Assembly: GCA_045837725.1 (NCBI GenBank)
Contig: JBEWZL010000272.1
Span: 62,001-126,000 of the forward strand
Origin: Vermamoeba vermiformis
Taxonomy: Eukaryota
Reading direction: 5' to 3'
DNA length: 64,000 nt
Part shown: positions 49,660-63,042 of the stretch, in pieces
Layout of the letters: every line of letters begins with the position of its first letter
Position numbering within the stretch: position 1 is the first letter of the stretch
Notes under the pieces: generated by a model
The model's input: only the letters and a program-made list of their open reading frames with translations
What the model was told of the DNA's origin: nothing
The model's database searches: none
Made by a program: the position numbers and the translations under genes

Positions 49660-52047
49660 TTAGAGCAACAAGAGACCACCGAAGAGAGCAACAGCAGCAG
49701 CGCACACTTGAGCAGCGTGGGCAGAAGAGGCAATGGGAGTCTTAGGCTCGTTAGGAAGAGTACCATCGGCGCTGATAGCGAAGTTTTGGATCTCGTGGCT
49801 GGAAGCTTGTTCGCCCATCAAAGATCGCTTCTTAGCAGGGAGATTGATCTTGGATTCAATCTGGATGTAGAAGGTGCCGGACTTGAGCGTGGCCAAAGGA
49901 GCAGCGCTGAAAGAAACGCCAGAGTTGACCGATGACAAACCGTTAATAGCGTCGTAGACAGCGGTGGCGAATTGATCTTCGAGGACACCAGTAGTGATTT
50001 GACCGTTGAGCACGAGGCGAGAAAGAGGACGAATGTTCCAAGTTTGAGCAGTGCAGCCCAATTGGTTGTTAGTGGGGTTGTAGACAGGAGCAGATCCGTC
50101 AACAGTGTAGCACAACCACACGTTGTAGATGCTGTTGGCATAAGAGTTTTGATCTTGATTGTTTTGAATGGTGACGGTGCTTTTAACGAAGATAGTGTCG
50201 AGCGAAGTGTAAGTGGTCTTTTGTTGAGATCCAGTGAAGGCGTTAGAATCCCAGAAAGACAGGACGGTAGGCAAGGTCAAACCGTTGTTGTTGTACGAGT
50301 TGCTAACGGACAGCGAGAGGGTGAATTGAGCGGTGACGGTTTGAGTCGCAGTGCCGTCAGTACGAGTGAATGAGATGGCGTAAGCACCGGAGTAGTCAGT
50401 GACTGGAGTAGAGGTCTTGAAGGTCCAGATCTGTTGTTGAGTGTTGGAAGGAGTAGGGTTGGCAGCAGCAAGATCAACACCGTTGGGCTTAGTTCCGACA
50501 GAAGGAGAGGTCAAGCTGAAAAAATTGGAGGTCAGATCTTGCTCAAAAAATAATTCGAAGTAAATGTTAAATTAAAACTTACTAGTAGCCAGTGTTCATG
50601 GCGTTGGTAGCAAGAGACATGGCGAGGTTACCATCGGCTTGAATATAGAGCGAGGAGATCGAGAAAGCGAAGATGTTGTTGTCAGTACCAGAGCTGATCG
50701 AGGTCGAAGAGACGGAGAATGAAACAAAGAAGGGCATAGTGAATTGAACAGTTTGGAAACCAGCAGAAGCGTCCAAGGGGTTAACAGCCTTAACAGCAGT
50801 GACGTAGAGAGTACCTAAAACGCATCCGATCAGGAAATTATTCTTTTTTTAGACCTGAAATTAATCCTTACCGTTATATTGAATGGAGTTACCGACAATA
50901 GTGCGTATGATAGAGGGAGTAGTACCATCAGCTTGCTTGCAGCTCAATAAGTCGTTGAAGGAGAATCCGGGAGTGGTGTAAGTAACCTTATCGCAACCAT
51001 TGCTGGAAACGGTCCATTTGGGAGAACTATTTGAATAATTTTGATTAGAATATGTCCGCAATTCACGGTTTGGAGGTCATTGCCAAGAAAGGAAATTGAA
51101 AAATTCCGTGGCAAGATCCGAAAATACATTAAAATACTTACGAAGAGCCAATACGATAGGCCAAGTAGTTCTTGCTGTTAAGAGCACCAGAGTAAGTAGC
51201 AGAAGGAGCGGCGTTCCAAAATTCGGCGAAGTTTCTACCGCTGAGATCAGCAGCTTGTCTGTTCTCGCAGTTGGTAGCAGCCAAACCATTAGTACCTAAA
51301 TAAGTAAATATGAGTACGTCTACTCGGCTACGACACTATTATCGCAATAATTACCCTTAGCGTAATCACTAGTGAAGGGAGCAAAGTCAATAACCCAAGT
51401 GTAGCCTTGGAGCAAGTATTTTGCAACAATATCGAAGTGGAACAATTGTTGGTTGTTGTCGTATTCGATAGTGATAACAGGTTGAGGAGGAGAAACAGTC
51501 GAGGTACCAACAGGGTTGAAGATGGCAGAACAAGTAGGATCTGAAGTCAATCTGTTGCCGACTAAAATTTAAATTCGTTAAAAACCATTCTATCGCGATT
51601 AATTGATAAAAAACTTACCCTTGAGCGAAGAGCTGCTGTAGACGTTTTCAGCATTGCCGTTGTTGGTGTCAACAGTCTTCAAGTTAATGTAGATCGTGTA
51701 GTCCTCTGGGAGTGGGGTGGCAAAGGTCTCGACAATAGTATTGACAGCTTGAGGACTGTTGATTTGGGTCCAAGTCAATATTTCGGTGCTACCAGCAGAA
51801 TGCCAATTGAGTAGAAAACATTAATACCAGCCAAAGAGCCTAAACCGCTCAAATCCGCTCGGAAGGACAAGAAGTAGGCTACAGAAACATTATAAATTAA
51901 TATTTGCGTTGTATTATTAATTGAGATGTACTTACGAGATGTCTGACGATCAATATTAGAGATGAAGCCGTGATTGATCGTTTGAGCATTGGCAAGAGCT
52001 AAGATCGCAAGTACGAAGAAAGCGAATGAACGGATAGAGCGAGCCAT
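49660..52047 (-). CDS. Secreted, probably GPI-anchored protein: FN3-like domain plus FRAS1/FREM C-terminal-like (ZP-like) module; apparent frameshift near 51800
   Basis: Signal peptide; about 7 exons; QQIWTF...DYSGAY, SIYNVWLCYTVDGSAPVYNP...GC, KKRS site, hydrophobic C-terminus. Confidence 0.8.
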
Positions 52048-53595
52048 AATTGACCAATTAAGTTACTAACTGATCAACTTGTTGTTGCTTGTTTGTTTGT
52101 TGATTAGAAATGACGACCGGACTTGCTATTTATTCTTGTAACGGAATATTCGGCCAAAGGAACAATTGACCAGCATGCCACGAATAGACGCAGAGATTAG
52201 GACCTGAGATTTATATTGTTCAGCTCTAAATAGAAATTGCGGATTATCTGATCCAAAATATTACCAAATTAAGAACGGAATAATAATAAATCGGTTGTCG
52301 TTCACGAATATTAAACGGGTAAAAACCGATACGTATGTCTCGAATATAATTTTTGCTATTAATGCACGGATGCACTCCTTCTAAAAATACTCGACGGAGT
52401 TTACAATCTAACTAATGCCTCATTGTTATTGCACATTCGAGTATTAGTAAACCTAATTAATCTATGTCATATGATGAAGACATACATTATGGACTCAATA
52501 AGGCGAAAGTGGAAGTATTCCTAAGATTCACAAATTTCATGCGATCCATTTTTAAAAGTCTCGCTACTCCATGAATGATTCAAGAACGATAATTTATCGC
52601 GCTGAAGACGACAAATAGACGTAATATGGCGTGCAAATAAGCAATAGGTAAGTTATATAAGGTGTCTTAACGTACCATAGTACACTACGGGTGTCAATTG
52701 AATCCACTTTTGAGATGCTTTGTGCACGTGCTTAATTATAGAAGTACTATTGCACTATTGCGCTCCAATACGCTTTCAATTGCTTCTCAGCGTTACTTTG
52801 TAACCCAGCAGTGGATTTGATCTGGATGTGTTCAGCACTAAATCGGTCAATGTGAGCTTAACGTAAATATTCCGTTATCTAATACGTACGAGATGAACGG
52901 AGAGCTTACATCGAGATATTATTATGGCCCATTTGAATATATCTCTCAAGAGCGGCATATTAAGTGTTTAAATATATCGAAAATTTTCGCTTTGGAAGTA
53001 AGTCCAAGCACTCTAGCTGCAGTGAGATCGCGAGATACAGACTTAATATGCCGCTACAGCTGTGCATATATTGAAATGATACAAAGGCTGTTAGGTAGGT
53101 GCAACTAGCTCATCTGGGCAAAACTACAATAACAGGTCAGTAAAGGATTAATATATTGTGCAATAGTCTTTGTAGCAAAGACGTTAAAATTGTAGCACGG
53201 ACTAGCGCAATTAAATTTGCCATCACTAAACGAAGCTTGAATTCGGATGTAAAATCAAACGTATTGCTGATCTCTACTGTTATCATTTGTCGCTCTTGCA
53301 AGTATTATTTTAATATTTATTTTATTATTATTACGTAAATAAATAATATTTCGCTTGATTATTAATTTTTGGCGCAAATCCGGCAGAACGCTATTAAACT
53401 TACCCATCCTTACAATTCTCGGATATCATTTCGTGGTTTCATAGGCGCTTGGTCCATCTTATCACAGCATTATTGTTGTGCTGTGGGGAGAACGCAGGCC
53501 TTTCTGAAAAATGATTTCTTGGGCAGATCTTGTTTGCTCGCAAGAACCCGACGGACTAACACGAATCAATTGTATATTAATATACTATATTCAAG

Positions 53596-54244
53596 ATGAT
53601 GATGCCTATGGGTCCTCCTCAACCTGAGGCTCCTCAACCTGCTGTTGATGAAGCCTTCTCCGCTAAAAATATCGAAAACAATAATCTCATTTTAAATAAC
53701 AGGTAATTAATAATGAATATTAATTAACTATATGGATATATACAAATTCTGACGGGTTGTAGGCACTAAGCCTTCATAGAAAATTTTATTTGATTTTAGA
53801 AATTATTTTTCTACATCCAGGTTTTATAAATTAATATTAATCGTATATTTAGTCGTACATTGGTCTCATTAGCCGGTGGATGCGCTGCTGGAATTTTTGG
53901 ATTTACAGGTATGAATATTTAGTAAGATCAATTCCAACGCAATATTTATTCGATTTAATTTAGGTCTATATGGATTTTTGTTCTATTTTATTGTCAGCTC
54001 GTTAGTAGGAGTTTTTATTATGCTTCAAACTGGATTTCAACACACCACTTTTTTCCGCACCACATCCGCTTTGTTTTTGGAAGGACTTAGCACTGGTCTA
54101 TTCGTAAGTTTACTATTTTTAACCTCTTATACGAATAACTTGCTCTTTGGTAATAATAATAAACCCGAATACTGATGGATCTGTTCTCAGACTTACATCA
54201 TGTTCTGGACGCTGACCTACAATATCGTGCATATCTACGTGTAA
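53596..54244 (+). CDS. EMC6: ER membrane protein complex subunit 6
   Basis: RTLVSLAGGCAAGIFGFTGLYGFLFY...TYIMFWTLTYNIVHIYV. Confidence 0.92.
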
Positions 54245-55354
54245 ATAAAAATCATAGTATTAACTTACATTCTATTTTATGATGCCAATGAGAACCAACA
54301 AAACAGATTCGCATCGTGTGAGCTCGACTAATGTGTACCTATTAAATTGTGCACAGTTCTAACTAGCCTCTCAGTCATAATACCACTTTGACCGCGACAT
54401 CAAAACTATCGAGATCACGATTAACACCTATCAACGCTCGTATGATCACCGAGGACACCAGGCACGACCCCACCACCGAGCCACATTTGTTGCCGATTAA
54501 ACCATGTTAGCAGAAGAGACATATTAGGCGGCTGCTCCCAAGGCACGAGAAGTAGCAAAAAAGACACCCAGAGGGAGAAGACGCAAGGATCGCATAAACG
54601 TAACAGTCACCAAAAACTCCCAACTCCAAGCTAGGGTGTAGTTATGTAGTATACCAGGCCCGAACCGGCCCGCAGAACGTTATCGCCAAAATTAACGAAT
54701 CGCCCAAGGGGAGAACCAGTTTCGCCCAGACTCATCGCATAAAAGCGATCGCCACTGCGTCAGACGAGATTCAACTAACTACTTCATCAGTGCGAAGTGG
54801 AGGTGAAATTTTGGCACCCACAGAACAAGAGGGGAACCCGCACGAAGACGCTCTCACACCACAACACAGGTTTAAAAATATCGATATATTGATTTTGTTT
54901 TTTTTTCGTGGCTGCCAAACTCAACGTGTCACGCGCGCACCGCGGGGCGCGACGGAATTTGATGTCCTTCTATTTTCCTTCCAAATGCACTGCGGAGGAT
55001 GAGTTAGCTTGCATGCGGAGTTTACCAGTATGGCGCCGGACGCTGACAGCAGTGCGGGACCCGACCTCCGCAACAACAACCGATCTAATTGCAATTCCTC
55101 TTTTTGAATGCCCTAGACATCGCCGTTCTCTTTTACTACGTTTCGGCACCTGCCCCGTAGCTGCACTGCTTCGCTCCTGAATGCACTGGAGTAGGGACCA
55201 AGCATATCCACTGCCCCAGCCCCTTTCGGTGCCCCCACCTCAAGCAGTGCCCTTCAGAATAACGCTCCCATAAAAGAAAGAAAAGCCGAGGGCTCCTGCG
55301 GGCACCCAGCCGCCAGGCCGCCGAAACCAATTTTTTGTCCCACCAGCCTCCAGG

Positions 55355-56181
55355 CAGAAGTTCTACAGAAGCGACGCGATTGAGATCTTTGAATGGCCAT
55401 TTTGACAGGCGAGACCCACGAGAGTGCCCACGACTACACGCACTTTGAACTCCTCTCAGATGTCGCTGTATTCACTGTCGGCAACACCTTGTACATCTAC
55501 AACATCTCAGCGGACATTTCAGTGACACAAGATTTCACTAACATTTTGGACATGCCCGCGCGTAGTGGAGTCGTTGCCGTGCTAGAACCTACGGCCATCA
55601 CTGTCATTCAACTCGGTGTAACGCCTCCTCAACAATACATCTTGGAACTTTCCGAGAGTGTGGCAGCAGTCTACGTTGATGTGTCAGGCCTGTTTATTCA
55701 CGCATTGTGGGCCGATGGTCGCATCGGAATCTACGAAATTGCCAACGCAACGATTGTTCCTCCCGTCCCTGACACACCATCACCTTCGCCGGATCCAAAC
55801 AGTCCTTCTCAACAAGCCCCGAACTCCAACAATACACCCTCCGGCAGTACTAGTCCCGGTGCTCCTTCAAGCTCCAACGCGCCAGGCAGTGCTAATGTCC
55901 CTGGCTCTAATGCACCTACTCCGTTGAACACTCCAACTCAATCCAACACTCCGACGCAATCCAGCACGCCAACTCAATCTAGCGCACCAAATCAGTCAAA
56001 CGCTCCTGCCGACGCTAACCAACCTACCGGATCCGAACCAACAGACTCAAGTGCACCTGTCAAAGGCTCCAACGGACCCACCAAGAGCCAACCTCCTGCT
56101 GAAGCTGGTAAAGTTAGCGCGTCAATTGTCTTAAGACCTTTGATGTCGTTAGTATTGTTGCTCGCTAGCTTGATCTTGTAA
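55355..56181 (+). CDS. 3' part of a surface protein (beta-rich domain, P/S/T/N stalk, GPI-like signal); 5' part missing or garbled
   Basis: ORF 55393-56181 lacks a signal peptide; upstream frame KFYRSDAIEIFEWP joins it by a 1-nt shift. Confidence 0.6.
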
Positions 56182-56251
56182 CTCAACGATGGGCTCACAT
56201 TTTTCACTGAATAAATATTGACTCTTTGTCCCCAAGAATTTCTTGATTTTA

Positions 56252-57886
56252 TTAATCATCGTTGGAAGGTTTAGCGAGAACACTTTTGCCACGTTTGCGA
56301 ACAATTTTCATTTTGACGAGCGAAGCAATGTCACGACAATCGATCTGATTGGTGAACAGCGCCAGTGCAATCTGATCAAAGCCTGGCACTCCTCCGCACA
56401 CCACGTGCTTGAACACGTGCAACCAAATCTCCAATGGAAGCAGCGACACCAAGTCTTCAGTTCTGCGTGCCATGTTGACGAGTGTTGTCATCACATTCGA
56501 GATCAATGCTCGTTGATGACGTTTGTTCCTGTTCTGCGCATCAATCAGCTGCTCCAATGACGCAGCACTGATCTTCTTGTCTTTGGTGATGGACAGCTCT
56601 GTCACTGATTGGTTCGTTTGCATCGCTGCAACGAGTGCTGCACATCCTTGCGCACCAATGTCGTTGCCATTCAGATTGACATGCATCAAGCACGGATTGA
56701 CTGCCAGTGCTGCAGCGAGGTGTGTGCAGCCCTCTGATTTGATTGCACAGTCTTGCAGCACAACGTAACACAAGCGAGTGTTGACTCTCAGTCCGTCAGC
56801 GAGCCATTGTGCTCCTTCTGATCCGATCTTGTTGTGCGTCATATTCAGCGCGGTGAGTGTTTTGTTGTGTTTCAGCATGGTGCCGAGCCATTTGCATCCT
56901 TCAGCGCTGATGTTGTTGAACGACAGATCCAGTTCTGTCATTTTGTCGTTCACTGAAACATACTTGGCCAGTGTTTCACAGCATTTTGAATCTAATTTTG
57001 TGTTGCGTAAGTTGATGCTTGTTAATAATCCACATGAGCCTTTGAAGTCAATATCTCGAAACAAATTATTCAGACCATCAGATCCAATTCCGTTACTGCT
57101 CAAATCGACGTGCATTAGTACCTTATTGTTCTTCAGTACTTCGTTAATGTAAATACATTCGTTTTGTCTGATTGTTGATTGATTGACATCAAGTTCCGTC
57201 AATGACGAGTTCATTTTCAATCCGCCAAAGAACTCTTTCCAGCCTTCTGACGGAACGTACAGCAATTGACTTAAATTCAAATACGTCAATGTTGCATTCT
57301 CTTTCAATAACTCTCCAAGAGCTTTGCATCCACTGGCTCTGAAATGATTAAAGCTCAAATCCAAAGAAGTAATTTTGCTGTTCGTCTTGAGTGCCTCCGC
57401 AATATGTTCTACGCCTTCGTCTGGTACGCTGCAAGAAGCTAAACTCAGGCTTGTCAATGATTGGTTCGATTTTAAGCCAGTGCTGAACGCTTCACAATCA
57501 GAGCCACCTAACTCCACGCCATCAAGTTTCAAACTCTTGATTGTACTGTTTTTCATTAACAACTGTTTAAATGCTTCTCCGACGTAAAATGCGCCGCTAT
57601 TCCACAGGTACGCTTCCTCGAGAACTTTGAATTTAAGCTCTTCAATTGAGTCGTTGTAGAATAATCCGTTAAAACTTGCTGGACAGGATTTGAAACTTTC
57701 AATTTGAAGCGATAGTCGTTTCAGGGAACGAGTTAATTTCAAGGCTCGGCCGAAAGCTTCGTAAGCTGCATTTGCTTGCAAATAGACGTCGAGTTTATCG
57801 GCAAGTATCTCTAATTCATCTGGTGTGTCTAGAAGATCATAAGAATCACTTTGTTTGATTATTTGAAGCTTGGATTTTTTGCTCAT
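56252..57886 (-). CDS. Intronless RNI-like LRR protein with C-terminal F-box-like motif
   Basis: 28-aa repeats such as LKTNSKITSLDLSFNHF; LLPLEIWLHVFKHV near the C-terminus. Confidence 0.88.
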   Translation of the reverse strand: MSKKSKLQIIKQSDSYDLLDTPDELEILADKLDVYLQANAAYEAFGRALKLTRSLKRLSLQIESFKSCPASFNGLFYNDSIEELKFKVLEEAYLWNSGAFYVGEAFKQLLMKNSTIKSLKLDGVELGGSDCEAFSTGLKSNQSLTSLSLASCSVPDEGVEHIAEALKTNSKITSLDLSFNHFRASGCKALGELLKENATLTYLNLSQLLYVPSEGWKEFFGGLKMNSSLTELDVNQSTIRQNECIYINEVLKNNKVLMHVDLSSNGIGSDGLNNLFRDIDFKGSCGLLTSINLRNTKLDSKCCETLAKYVSVNDKMTELDLSFNNISAEGCKWLGTMLKHNKTLTALNMTHNKIGSEGAQWLADGLRVNTRLCYVVLQDCAIKSEGCTHLAAALAVNPCLMHVNLNGNDIGAQGCAALVAAMQTNQSVTELSITKDKKISAASLEQLIDAQNRNKRHQRALISNVMTTLVNMARRTEDLVSLLPLEIWLHVFKHVVCGGVPGFDQIALALFTNQIDCRDIASLVKMKIVRKRGKSVLAKPSNDD

Positions 57887-58349
57887 TTCTAAACGAACGT
57901 TAGATCAGCATAAATAAATTAAATTTTAATTGAAAAATCCGAATAATTACGCGAGTTAAAATTGAATAATTATAGGAGAATATTAATATTAAATATATAT
58001 TTAAATTTCTTGCAATTTAATTTGCAACGAGAAACAAATTATCAATACTTACGTGCTTAGCGCTAAGTGTTAAAGTTCCAGCTGCTGTTGATCGATCCAC
58101 TCACCGTGCTGCAGCTCGTGACACTGAATGAAATGAATGACTGTTGCTTCCATTAATAAGCTTGCTTTCTGTAATTTTTCTGGCAGTTAGGACTGCACCC
58201 ACGTGCCCTTTGGGACTGCATTAAAGTGGCCAAAAATAGAAGTAGAAGAGGCTCCAAATAAGATAATTGTTGCGAGATTTGTACAGTCTTCAAGTCAAAA
58301 TAATAACAACAAATAAGCGCAAAGGTGGACTATCAACGCGAGCGTAAAA

Positions 58350-59979
58350 ATGTTTTGGGATGCGAATATTCCGTATGAGTCTAAAAATATAGAAAATATC
58401 AAAGAAATAGTCGGAACAGCAATCAAACGTAAGTAAAAATACACACAATTGAAATAGACGGCAGATCTTTGATAGCAGATCATGATAAAAACCCTAGAAA
58501 AATTCAGATAATTCTGACTCGTACGAATATTAAACAATATTAAATATACGGCTGTGATTTATTTATTATTTTGATATTAATAATTATTTTGGGCAGTTGG
58601 TTTTGACTGCATTGCTTTAAATCACGTTGTCACAAATAAATTGGGTCCTAATGACGTAAGTAATGCTAATACAATAACATATATTATAAAATAATAATTA
58701 TAACGATTATTGAATCATTACAGACAGCGGTACCAAAACCCATAGATCTGGCATTGGCGCTTGAAACCAATACACGCGACGACGATGAAGATAACGCTTC
58801 TAATTTTGTGCCTCTCAAGCCGAAGTCAGTGGCTACATTGAGATTACAAGCAAATCAGCGCGAGTTCAATCAACTATCCAGAATTACGGTCCACGTCGAA
58901 GATCCCTCGCAATTATTTGCCATTGTACGTCCTATAGTGCCAATCATACTCATCTACAATTACTATCTTATATGTTTTCAAAGAATTGCTTGAGTTTCCT
59001 GAACAGATCAGTATTATTTCTAATCAATTAATTAATCTTCAATTACGTAACAGACGCCAGCGAATCCAGTTCTACAGTCATATGATATAGTAGCTATAAG
59101 GCCACTCAAAGACAAGATCTTTCAAGCCTGTTGTCAAACACTTGAAATTGATCTGATCAGCCTCGACGTCACCAAGAGATTTCCTTTTGCAGTAAAAACA
59201 GCGATGGTACAGCAAGCTATTGCAAGAGGAATTTACTTTGAAATTTCAATTGGACCTGCCTTAAAAGGTAAAGACGATATATCGAGCCAGATCCATCGTA
59301 CTGACACTAAATTTTCCTAGATCCAAATATTCGTCGTCATATGTTAAGCAATGCACTGCATTTGGTGCGTGTAACAAAAGGAAGAAATATTATTATCACT
59401 AGCGAGGCTCAACGGGCGATGGATCTCAGATCACCTTACGACCTCATCAACTTGTACGTATTAGTCTATTACTTGCCCAAACTGATGATATATTGCCATT
59501 ATAATACTTGTATTAATGTCTTAATTTGATAGAGGTGTTCTATTTGGACTAAATCAAGCCGACGCTAAATTATGCGTATCAAAGTACTGCAATTCTATGC
59601 TATTACACGGAGGTAACTAACTTAATATAGCCTATTATTCACGTTCATATATTAATGACGTTGTATAGCTACACGCAAGACAGCTAAAGGAGTCGTTGGC
59701 ATGCAAAAAATATCGGATCTGACTCCGAACGAGATGTGGAAACTACCGAACTTGATCGCCAAAGTGAACAAAATGACTGCTAATAATAACACTAATACGA
59801 GAAGCAATACCAACGTTAAATCAACTGAGGATCAGAATGTCAATGCGGATGTGGAGATGAAAGACACTGAGTCAGAACAAAAGACGACTACTAGCAGTGC
59901 TAATACACCACAAACACCGAAGAATTATAACGCTAATAATAATAGCAAACAGAATAAGAAGCGAAAGCACAGTAAATAA
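58350..59979 (+). CDS. RPP30: RNase P/MRP subunit p30
   Basis: LGFDCIALN, LSRIT, YDIVAIRP, RGIYFEI, KGRNIIITSEA, LRSPYDLINL. Confidence 0.93.
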
Positions 59980-60160
59980 TTGTTCAACTGAACTAATGTT
60001 CGGAAACTTGGCCTATCAATGTTAACCTTGTTGAATCCTCGTAATTTGCTTGGTAATAGTTATAGATACTTACAATATATATACGTTACTACAGGCACTT
60101 AGTAACCTAAAGGAACAAAGGCACGAGGATTAAATTTGAAAAATCCGCAATTTATATTAT

Positions 60161-61926
<1,766 letters not shown>

Positions 61927-62054
61927 TGTGCTTGTTGCTTGACTGTTGTGAAAAATACAGAATTTGTTGACACGACCGTTTTTGCTCCCCTGACCCGCTA
62001 AAAATATTTAAATTGAATGCACGCAAGACCACATATAATTGTGTAATATACAAA

Positions 62055-62844
62055 ATGTCCAACCCCTTTCAAGATATTCTACAAACTGCACAAAAACTTG
62101 GATACTCCATCCCCGAACCAGTATGCATTATTTACTAGCAGTGATAGTTGTATTAATATTTACATAGGCGAATGACAATAGCAACATCGCATTTTTGAAA
62201 TTGCTGAAGCAAATAAGGCAATTAAGGACGGAAATTCAAACCACATCTAATCAAATTAAGCAACGCGAGATATTATCTCAAAATTACGACGTGCTTGCAA
62301 AGGAATATGTCGGTGAGTAGCAAATAATCGGATATATTTCCACATTAACACCATCTAACGTTACAAAATGCAGAGGACAAGATCGAAACCCTAAGAACAC
62401 TGAGCGCGCATTTGAATAATATTTTGAAGAACAAAGACGTGTTAATTTCATATTTACAACAACCTTTTGCTGGCGATTTTGTCGTGGTAGAAGCTGATAA
62501 CCAACAGTAAGTTTGCTCTCGCTCTAACAGTAATTGCGAGACCCTTACTTAATGTATAATTATTTAGGCACGTGTACGAATTATTTGTCCAAATGCGAGA
62601 CGGTATTAGAAATCTTTCGAAGCATCTGGAGCTGATCGACTGGGCTTCGAGTTTTAATTTGAACGACGGTGTATTGGTGCGTAATAAGAACGACAACACT
62701 TAGTTACACATGATACTGATACGAAATATTTAATAGGAACGAACGTTAAACTCATTGACCGCTTTCTTAGCCAAGTGTCAGCGGTACAGCGAATCTCTGC
62801 AGCAGATGAAGCAGACGGTTTTGAGCTTGGAGCAAGTTTACTAA
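62055..62844 (+). CDS. HAUS2: Augmin complex subunit 2
   Basis: KIETLRTLSAHLNNILKNKDVLISYLQQPFAGDFVVVEA fits the recalled HAUS2/AUG2 core; 5 exons. Confidence 0.75.
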
Positions 62845-62925
62845 GCAACACAGTGTACAATTTGTATATAAACGAATACGAGGCTGCTTCGGGAAGCCGT
62901 TGCGCTGAAACAAATTTAAAAAATT

Positions 62926-62949
62926 TTTGAAGCGAAAAAGGGCGGGAAA
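62926..62949. promoter_or_regulatory. Possible CHR (TTTGAA) and E2F (GGCGGGAAA) sites upstream of CDC27
   Basis: Exact consensus matches about 95-115 nt upstream of the ATG. Confidence 0.3.
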
Positions 62950-63042
62950 GATTTTGGCTCGCGTTATTGGCGACAATCGGCATTTTATTGTTTTAAACCT
63001 GTTAACAAAATATAATTCGCTGGATATGCCATATTGTAAATA

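Noticed and set aside
14594-52485. Shared 12-mer ATGAAGACATAC at about 14594 and 52474
   Set aside because: Matches of this length are expected by chance in 64 kb.
52410-53120. Exon-like fragments on the plus strand
   Set aside because: Could not be spliced into an open frame; at best an unidentifiable pseudogene.
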